The position numbers and the translations under genes are program-made. DNA of 64,000 nt from an uncultured Actinomycetes bacterium (GTDB taxonomy: Bacteria; Actinomycetota; Acidimicrobiia; IMCC26256; DASPTH01): NCBI GenBank assembly GCA_963720785.1, contig CAVRGQ010000003.1, forward strand, positions 188,905 through 252,904, given 5' to 3'. Position 1 is the first letter of the stretch; each line of letters starts with the position of its first letter. Shown in pieces: positions 57,318-64,000 of this stretch. Below the pieces are notes generated by a model. It made no database searches and was not told where the DNA came from. It was given only the letters and a program-made list of their open reading frames with translations.

Positions 57318-59483
57318 ATGCCGATCGCCATCACCGACGACCACCTCGCCCTTGCCGAGGTGGCCGCCGACTTCCTCCAGGCCAACGACTCCCGCGGCGC
57401 CCGCGCGCCCTGCTCGAGGCCGACGCCGAGACGCTGCCCCCGTTCTGGGACCAGCTCCGGGAGCTCGGCTGGCTCGGCCTGCACCTGCCCGAGGAGCACG
57501 GCGGCTCCGGCTTCGGCCTCCCCGAGCTCGTCGTCGTGGTCGAGCAGCTCGGCCGCGAGGTCACACCCGGCCCGTTCGTCCCCACGGTGATCGCATCGGC
57601 GCTGCTCGCGACGGCCGCGCCTGCCGACCTGCAGTCCCGGCTCCTGCCCGGCCTCGCCGACGGCTCGACGCTCGCGGCGATCGGCACCGGCGGCGCCGTC
57701 AGCTCGCCGGCACCATCGCGTCCGGTGCCACCGCTTCTGGAGCAGGGGGCACCGTGCTCGGCGCCGGCCTCGCCGGGATCGCACTCCTCCCGGCGGGCGA
57801 CGACGTCGTGGTCGTCGACCTGCGCGGCGCGGGCGTGACCGTCACCCTCCCGCTGAACGTGGACGACACCCGCCGTGCGGGCACGGTCGCCCTCGACGGC
57901 GCCACCGTCGAAGTGATCCCCGGCGCCCGGGGCCTGCTGCTCGACCTCGCGCGGCTCGTGTTCGCCGCCGAGGCCACCGGGATCGCCCCCGCGACCACCG
58001 ACATGGCCGCGGCCTACGCCAAGGAGCGCGTGCAGTTCGGCCGGCCCATCGCCACCTTCCAGGCGGTGAAGCACCACTGCGCCAACATGCTCGTCGCCGC
58101 CGAGCTGGCGACCGCCTCGGTGTGGGACGCCTCACGCACCACGCCCGGCACCGACGAGTTCACGCAGGCGGTGGCCATGGCCGCGACCCTCGCGGTGCCC
58201 GCGGCGGATCTCTGCGCCAACCTGAACATCCAGGTGCACGGCGGCATCGGCTTCACCTGGGAACACGACGCGCACCTCTACCTGCGCCGCGCCCTCAACA
58301 TCGCCGCGATCGTCGACCCCGACGACGCCGGCGCCGTCGTCACCGACGGTCTGCGCAACGGCGTGAAGCTGTCACGGGCCGTCGACCTGCCGCCCGAGGC
58401 GGAGGCGGTGCGCACGCAGGTGCAGTCGGTGGTCGCCGAACTGCTCCCGCTCGACGACGCCACGCGCACGAAGCGCCTCGTGGCCACGGGCTACACGGTG
58501 CCGCACTGGCCCGAGCCCTACGGCATCGCGGCCGGCGCCATCGAGCAGCTCGTGATCGAGGAGGAGTTCCGCGCCGCGGGCATCCAGAAGCCGAACTACG
58601 GCATCACCGGCTGGGTCATCCTCACGCTCGTGCAGCACGCCACCGAGGACCAGGTCGCACGGTGGGTGCAGCCCGCGCTCGACCAGGAGCTGATCTGGTG
58701 CCAGCTCTTCAGCGAGCCCGACGCCGGCTCCGACGCCGCGGGCGTGAAGACCAAGGCCACACGAGTCGACGGCGGCTGGATCCTGAACGGGCAGAAGGTC
58801 TGGACGAGTGGCGCACACGAGGCCGCGTTCGGCTTGGCCACGGTACGCACCGACCCCGAGGCGAAGAAGCACGCCGGCATCACCACGATGGTGATCGACA
58901 TGCACGCGGAGGGCGTCGAGGTTCGGCCCCTGCGCCAGATCACCGGCGGCACCGACTTCAACGAGGTGTTCTTCTCCGACGTGTTCGTACCCGACGACGA
59001 CGTCGTCGGCGCGATCAACGACGGGTGGACCGTCGCGCGCCACGCTCGGCAACGAGAGCGTGAGCATCGGTGGCGGCGACGGCGGCATGACCTTCCCGGC
59101 GAGCACGCTGCTCGCGCCGTTCGACGCGCACCCCGAACGACTGTCGGGCGGCGCGGCGCGGCGTGGGCCGCTACGCCGCGCACGTGGAGGCCATCACCGC
59201 GATGAACCACCGCACCGCGGCGCGTGCCGTCGCCGGTGGCGGTCCCGGACCCGAAGGCGCAGTCACCAAGCTCGTGCTCTCGGAGAACGGCCACGAGGTC
59301 ACCGCGATCCTCGTCGAGCTCGCGGGGCCCGACCTCGCCTTCCTCGAGGGCGACGGGATGATGGGCGGTTACATGTCGCTGGTGCACCGCGCGCTGTCGA
59401 TCGCGGGTGGCACGTCGGAGATCAAGCGCAACCAGATCGGCGAGCGCATCCTCGGCCTGCCGCGCGATCCCCTGATCAAGTAG
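57318..59483 (+). pseudogene. two-domain acyl-CoA dehydrogenase, four frameshifts as sequenced
   Basis: Segments: MPIAITDDHLALAEVAADFL..; ..LLEADAETLPPFWDQLRELGWLGLHLPEEHGG..; ..YAKERVQFGRPIATFQAVKHH..LFSEPDAGSD..; ..SIGGGDGGMTFP..; ..VGRYAAHVEAI..GGTSEIKRNQIGERILGLPRDPLIK*. These sit in alternating frames. Confidence 0.8.
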
Positions 59484-60326
59484 CGCGCGGGTAACCGCTC
59501 GCGAACACGGAGAGATCCTGGCGTTCGCCGACGCCACGCGGCGCAACGTGCGGGCCTCCTCGGTGCCGACCTCCGGTCGTGCGTGCTGAACTGCGTGGTT
59601 GTCCCACACGAGGAGCTCGCCGGGCGACCACTCGTGCACGTACACGTGGTCGTCGCGGTACAAGTGGGTGAAGAGCTTCTCGATCAGCGCGGTGCTGGCG
59701 TCGGGGTCGAGGCCCTCGATCGCGTCCGTCTGCTGTTCGGTGATCGCGAGGATGGGGCGTGCGGTGTCGCGGTGCGGCCACAGCACCGGGCGCAGCGAGT
59801 GCGGGTAGCTCTCGTCGAGCCGCCCGCCGCGCACGCGCACGACGGCCTCCCGCTCGGGGGTCGCCACATCGACCGCGTGCCGGGCGTCGCGTCCGTCGAC
59901 CCGCCCGCGGAGCTCTGACGGCAGGTCGGCCGCGGCCGCCTGGCCGTCGACGAACCAGGTCTGGGTGCCCGCAGGCGGCAGCTCGACCGCGTACAGCGAG
60001 ATCGCGTCGTACGGTTGCGGGAAGAAGAAGTAGTCGCAGTGCCACGACGCCGCGGTGCCGGCCAGTGCGCCGCCGGGCCGCACGTTCGACACCCAGCCGA
60101 TCGCCCGTTCCTCGTCGATGCCCTCGGTGGCGATCGGCCCGAGGGCCGCCAGCAGCCGCAGGTGCTCGTCGTCGGTCAGCCCGGGGGCCGACACCACAAG
60201 GAGGCGGTGCTCGGAGAAGGCGGCGCGCCATTCGTCCCAGATGGGGGAATCAGCCGGTGCGTTCGGGTCGATTCCCGCGATCCGGGCCCCGAACGTCGGG
60301 TGCAATGGTTCCGCCCGCAGCAGCAT
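59476..60326 (-). pseudogene. TauD/TfdA family dioxygenase, probable frameshift near the 3' end
   Basis: ATG 60326 (MLLRAEPLHPTFGARIAGID..WHCDYFF..VWDNHAVQHAR..). The main frame runs on antisense through the ACAD gene. The alternative frame after about 59530 gives ..GERQDLSVFASGYPRAT* (TGA 59476-59478). Confidence 0.72.
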
Positions 60327-60435
60327 GGGAAGATCCTGCCATGCCCAGTGGCTCGAGGCCCTCTGGCTCAAGATCGTCCGACCGGGTGCCGATGTCTTTG
60401 CCGGGAGCGGTAGGGCGCGGGCAGTGGAGGACGAG

Positions 60436-60784
60436 ATGACCAACGAACAGCGACGGGCCGAGCGCCGCAACGTCGAGTGGCCGGCGCACTACCGTCAGCC
60501 GGCGTCCGAGGGTTGGCGACCGTGCCGCCTCATCGACATCTCGGAGAGCGGCGCCGCGATCGAGGCCTTCGAGCTGAGCGACGACGAACGCCTCACCGGA
60601 ATGATCGAGTTGGAGCTGCGCGCGCCCGCCCAGCTCGGCGAGATGGTCCGCCTCCACGGCGTCGTCCGCTACTCCACGCGCACGTCCGAAGGGCGCACCC
60701 GCCGCGGGTGTCGAGCTCGAGAGCTCGTCGGTGCTCGACGAGGACCTCCTCGAGGCCCTGGTCCGCCTCAACGCCTTCTCCTAG
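60436..60784 (+). pseudogene. PilZ domain protein (c-di-GMP receptor type), frameshifted as sequenced
   Basis: ATG 60436 after ggagga. RRAERR..DISESG motifs. After GCCGCG 60701-60706 the tail AGVELESSSVLDEDLLEALVRLNAFS* (TAG 60782-60784) is in another frame. Confidence 0.7.
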
Positions 60785-60808
60785 CTCATAGCGATCCGGA
60801 TGCGACCC

Positions 60809-60868
60809 GATTCCGTTTTGGCGCTCTTCGGGGCCCCTATAGCGGCGCGGAAGAGCGCAAGAACGGTG
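60809..60868. repeat. ~60-nt palindromic intergenic element, copy 2 (inverted relative to copy 1)
   Basis: Stem ggcgctcttc (60820-29) / gaagagcgca (60850-59). Lies between the convergent PilZ stop (60784) and SDR stop (60873). Confidence 0.8.
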
Positions 60869-60872
60869 GAGT

Positions 60873-61829
60873 TCAGGAGTTCTCGGCGGCCCAGTCCCGA
60901 ATCTCGTTCTCGATGCGGACGGCTTCCGCACCCGCGAGGTCGTAGCGGATCTCCGCGAGGTTCGGCTCCGGGCCGTCCCACCCGGGCAGCAGGTCGCGCT
61001 TCCAGCACTCGTACTGCGCCTCGATGGTGACGCCGTCTCCCGGCACTTCGTCGGGGCGCTCCACGATCCACTTGCACACCGCGCCCATGACGTCGGCGGG
61101 CGCGCCGCCCACGATGCCGAACTCACCCATGTCGGCGGCGATGCGCTCGGTGGCGATGAGGTTGGGCTGCACGTTGTAGGCCCGGATCCCCTGGTCGCCC
61201 AGCTCCACGTTGAGGAACCCGGCGATGCGGTGCATGCCCGCCTTCGTGATGCCGTAGCCCATGCCCCAGCCGCCCTTGCCCGCGGGCTGGGTGGCGTCCG
61301 CGTACGCGGAGCCCGACGTGATGTTGAGGATCGTGCCACCGCCGCGGGAGATCATCCCGGGTACCACGAGCTTGCACAGCACGACGATGGCGAGCACGTT
61401 GGCCTGGATCTGCTTCTCGAGCAGGTCGATCGGCGTCTCCATCATCAGGTCCATGTGGCCGGGGCCGATGTAGCGACCGTTGTTCACCAGCACGTCGATG
61501 CCGCCCCAGCGCTCCTCGACGCGCGCCACGGCCGCGCCGAGCGACGCGTAGTCGGTGAGATCGGCGGGCACCTGGAGCGCCTGCTGCCCCTCGGCCTCGA
61601 TGAGCGCAGCGGTCGCGTCGAGCGAGCCGGGCAACGGCTTCGTGTTCGACGCCTTCAGCGTGGACGAGTGCTCGCGCGCCTCGCCCTCGTGCACCGTGCG
61701 GGCGGTGATGGCGACGTCGTAGCCACCCTTGGCGAGCCACTGGGCCACCGACTTGCCGATGCCCCGGCTCGCGCCGGTGACCAGTGCGACCTTGCGTCCT
61801 TCACCCACGGGTGTCCCCCTGCTCGCCAT
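60873..61829 (-). CDS. SDR family oxidoreductase
   Basis: ATG 61829 (MASRGTPVGEGRKVALVTGASRGIGKS..). Y-x3-K (YGITKAGM). Confidence 0.85.
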   Translation of the reverse strand: MASRGTPVGEGRKVALVTGASRGIGKSVAQWLAKGGYDVAITARTVHEGEAREHSSTLKASNTKPLPGSLDATAALIEAEGQQALQVPADLTDYASLGAAVARVEERWGGIDVLVNNGRYIGPGHMDLMMETPIDLLEKQIQANVLAIVVLCKLVVPGMISRGGGTILNITSGSAYADATQPAGKGGWGMGYGITKAGMHRIAGFLNVELGDQGIRAYNVQPNLIATERIAADMGEFGIVGGAPADVMGAVCKWIVERPDEVPGDGVTIEAQYECWKRDLLPGWDGPEPNLAEIRYDLAGAEAVRIENEIRDWAAENS

Positions 61830-61878
61830 CGTGACGGCGGGTACCGTACGGCACCACCCGGGAAGGACACCACTGCGG

Positions 61879-62640
61879 ATGCACACCACGAGATCGCGCT
61901 TCGTGGAGCACGACGGGCTGCGGCTCCACTACGTCGACACGTTCGACGAGGCCGCGGACGCCGACCTGCCGCCCGTCGTGTTCGTGCCCGGCATGGGCGA
62001 CGAGGCCGAGGAGTACCACGACCTCCTCGACGAGCTGCTCTCCCGCCGCGTCGTCGCCGTCGACGTGCACGGGCGCGGCGCTTCCGATGTCCCCGGCGAG
62101 GGTTGGTCGCCCGCGCACCACGTGGCCGACCTCGACGCGGTGATCAGCGACGCCGGGGTCCAGCGGGTGCACATGGCGTCGTACTCCCGTGGCACCGGCT
62201 ACTCGCTCGGCTGGGCGATCACCCATCCCGATCGCGTGCTCTCGGTCACGATCGGCGACTACTTCGCCGGTCACGTGCGCGTCCCCGAGCAGTACCGGCC
62301 GGGCTTCCACACCCGCAAGTGGCGCGGCCGGCCGATGAACGAACGCATGACCCCCGAGGCGATCGACGGGGTGTTCGCCGAGAGCGAGGACGTCGAGATG
62401 TTCGCGGAGCTGGGCGCACTGGGTGTGCCCGTGCTCCTCGTGCGGGGCACCGCCCCCGGCGCGATCGTCACCGACGAGCTGGCCGACCGCTACCGCGCCG
62501 CGGTCCCCGGGATCGAGATCGTCGACTTCGACGGCTCGGGCCACGACCTCTGGCGTCCCGATCCGCACCGCTTCGGTCGTACGCTGCGGGAGTTCTTCGC
62601 CCGGGTCGACGCGACCACCGCTCCAGGAGCCGCCCAGTGA
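61879..62640 (+). CDS. alpha/beta hydrolase
   Basis: ATG 61879 (MHTTRSRFVEHDGLRLHYVD..). The nucleophile elbow is atypical (ASYSRG). ..DGSGHDLW.. His loop. Confidence 0.78.
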   Translation: MHTTRSRFVEHDGLRLHYVDTFDEAADADLPPVVFVPGMGDEAEEYHDLLDELLSRRVVAVDVHGRGASDVPGEGWSPAHHVADLDAVISDAGVQRVHMASYSRGTGYSLGWAITHPDRVLSVTIGDYFAGHVRVPEQYRPGFHTRKWRGRPMNERMTPEAIDGVFAESEDVEMFAELGALGVPVLLVRGTAPGAIVTDELADRYRAAVPGIEIVDFDGSGHDLWRPDPHRFGRTLREFFARVDATTAPGAAQ

Positions 62641-63104
62641 CCGACCAGATTCCCGAGCTCCGCGGGCCGGTGCCGGTGCCCACGCCCGAGTTGCTCGCCG
62701 AGGAAGCAGCGGTGAAGCGGGTGTGCCAGCTCTACGCGCTGTCCATCGACACGCGCAACGGCGAGATGCTGCGCAGCGCCTTCTCGCCCGACGCGTTGGT
62801 GAGCGGCACGCTCGGCGAGTCCGCGGTGGCCGACTACCTCCCCATGCTCGAGACCGGGGTGGCCGCGTACGCCGCGACCCAGCACAACATCACCAACCAG
62901 TACACGGTGGTCGACGGTGACCGCGCCAGCTGCTGGAGCTACTGCGTCGCGCTGCACTTCGAGGAGCCGGGCAACGGGCACGACGACCTCGCCATGGGCG
63001 TGCAGTACCGCGACGAGCTCGAGCGGGTCGCTGGCGGATGGCGCATCGCCCGCCGGGTCACCGTGCCCCAGTGGGTGCGCGGCCCGCTGCCCCGCGAAGC
63101 GTGA
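62637..63104 (+). CDS. SnoaL/NTF2-like family protein
   Basis: GTG 62637 overlaps the upstream stop (GTGA). ..VKRVCQLYALSIDTRNGEML..GWRIARRV.. Confidence 0.72.
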   Translation: MTDQIPELRGPVPVPTPELLAEEAAVKRVCQLYALSIDTRNGEMLRSAFSPDALVSGTLGESAVADYLPMLETGVAAYAATQHNITNQYTVVDGDRASCWSYCVALHFEEPGNGHDDLAMGVQYRDELERVAGGWRIARRVTVPQWVRGPLPREA

Positions 63105-63115
63105 GAGGACGGGTC

Positions 63116-63643
63116 ATGAGCACCGATGACGAGCACGACGACCTCGACCTGTCCATGCCCGGCGCGACCCCCCGCGAGATCCTCACCTGGGACGGATTCG
63201 GCGCGGCCTCACGTGAGCTGGCCGAGACCATTCGCCACAGCGGGTTCGAGCCCACCGTGCTGCTCGCCATCGCCCGCGGCGGCCTGCCCGTCGCCGGTGC
63301 GCTGGGCTACGCGCTCGGCATCAAGAACTGCATGGTGATCAACGTCGAGTTCTACACGGGCATCGACCAGCGCCTCGAGGTGCCGGTGATCCTCCCGCCC
63401 GCGCTCGACCTCGTCGACATCGGTGAGGAGCACGTGCTGGTCGTCGACGACGTCGCCGACACGGGTGAGACCCTCCGCCTCGTCGCCGACACCGTGCGCC
63501 CCGCGGTGAAGGCGCTCGAGACCGCGGTGCTCTACGAGAAGCCCCGCTCGGTGGTGAAGCCCGACCACGTGTGGAAGCAGACCGATCTCTGGATCGACTT
63601 CCCCTGGTCGTCGCTGCCCGTGATCGAACGCCGCCTCTTCTAG
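63116..63643 (+). CDS. phosphoribosyltransferase (purine PRT, Gpt-like)
   Basis: ATG 63116. PRPP-binding motif HVLVVDDVADTGETL. Confidence 0.85.
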   Translation: MSTDDEHDDLDLSMPGATPREILTWDGFGAASRELAETIRHSGFEPTVLLAIARGGLPVAGALGYALGIKNCMVINVEFYTGIDQRLEVPVILPPALDLVDIGEEHVLVVDDVADTGETLRLVADTVRPAVKALETAVLYEKPRSVVKPDHVWKQTDLWIDFPWSSLPVIERRLF

Positions 63644-63650
63644 CGGGTCC

Positions 63651-64000
63651 CTAGCGAGCCATCGCGCCGGCGGTGATTCCGCCGTCGACGTAGATCACCT
63701 GGCCGTTCACGTAGCGCGAGTCGTCGCCGCAGAGGAATGCCACGACGTCGGCGATGTCGGCGGGGCTGCCGAGGCGACCCATCGGCACCCCCTTGGCGCG
63801 CTCCGCGGCGCGCTCGCCCTGGTAGTTGCCGGCGGTGCCGTCGCTCACGATCAGGCCGGGCCCGATCGCGTTGGCGCGGATGTTGTCGGACCCGAGCTCG
63901 AGCGCCATCGTCTTCGTGAGCGACTCCACCGCCGACTTCGTGGCCGGATACAGCCCCAGGCCCGGCGAGTGCGTCCACGCCGCGCCCGACGACATGTTCA
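63651..64000 (-). CDS. SDR family oxidoreductase, partial (5' end beyond window)
   Basis: C-terminal half ..YPATKSAVESLTKTMALEL..IRANAIGPG..VNGQVIYVDGG.. Stop at 63651-63653. Confidence 0.85.
   Translation of the reverse strand, partial: NMSSGAAWTHSPGLGLYPATKSAVESLTKTMALELGSDNIRANAIGPGLIVSDGTAGNYQGERAAERAKGVPMGRLGSPADIADVVAFLCGDDSRYVNGQVIYVDGGITAGAMAR

Noticed and set aside
9137-60706. Programmed ribosomal frameshifting or genuine mass pseudogenisation as the explanation for the frame breaks
   Set aside because: There are too many sites in unrelated housekeeping-type enzymes, and no slippery heptamers or downstream structures. There are no accompanying stop codons, deletions or IS elements. 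The site-specific sequence context points to a technical origin. This remains unproven without reads.
1-64000. CRISPR arrays, tRNA/rRNA genes, IS transposases, integrases, prophage or defence-system genes
   Set aside because: I looked for spaced direct repeats, cloverleaf-sized conserved gaps and the characteristic protein signatures in all six frames. Nothing was found beyond the short tandem repeats and the HNH gene already listed.

Overview
High-GC, Actinomycetota-like chromosomal segment. The taxonomic guess rests on mycothiol-type DinB proteins, an F420/LLM oxidoreductase, a DUF222-HNH gene and a stand-alone LigD polymerase. About 65 genes are densely packed, almost all redox or hydrolytic catabolic enzymes: SDRs, amidohydrolases, Rieske, 2OG and TauD oxygenases, CoA-transferases and ligases, an acyl-CoA dehydrogenase and alpha/beta hydrolases. 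There are also two MarR regulators, one MFS exporter and a c-di-GMP pair (PAS-GGDEF-EAL and PilZ). I found no rRNA, tRNA, CRISPR array, transposase or phage genes. Three things stand out. (1) At 20.8-29.5 kb there is a divergently arranged, translationally coupled gene set: two VanA/Ndm-type Rieske oxygenases, an adenosine-deaminase-family gene, a dihydroorotase-like amidohydrolase, a CoxM/CoxL-type molybdenum hydroxylase with no Fe-S subunit gene, and a 2OG oxygenase. It shares an upstream motif, at identical spacing from the start codon, with two TRZ/ATZ aminohydrolase genes at 15.4 kb. I read this as a candidate route for a substituted N-heterocycle (purine- or pterin-like); this is inference. 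(2) At 22 or more positions a clearly recognisable protein continues in another reading frame. These are all 1-2 nt indels with no nonsense mutations, and they concentrate at GCCGCG, (CG)n runs and homopolymers. That pattern fits motif-dependent consensus error better than gene decay, and it determines how the region should be annotated. (3) A ~60-nt palindromic element occurs twice in opposite orientation, each time wedged between the stop codons of convergent genes. Several short in-frame tandem repeats and operator-like palindromes are also listed. Most long antisense ORFs in the six-frame track are high-GC artefacts.
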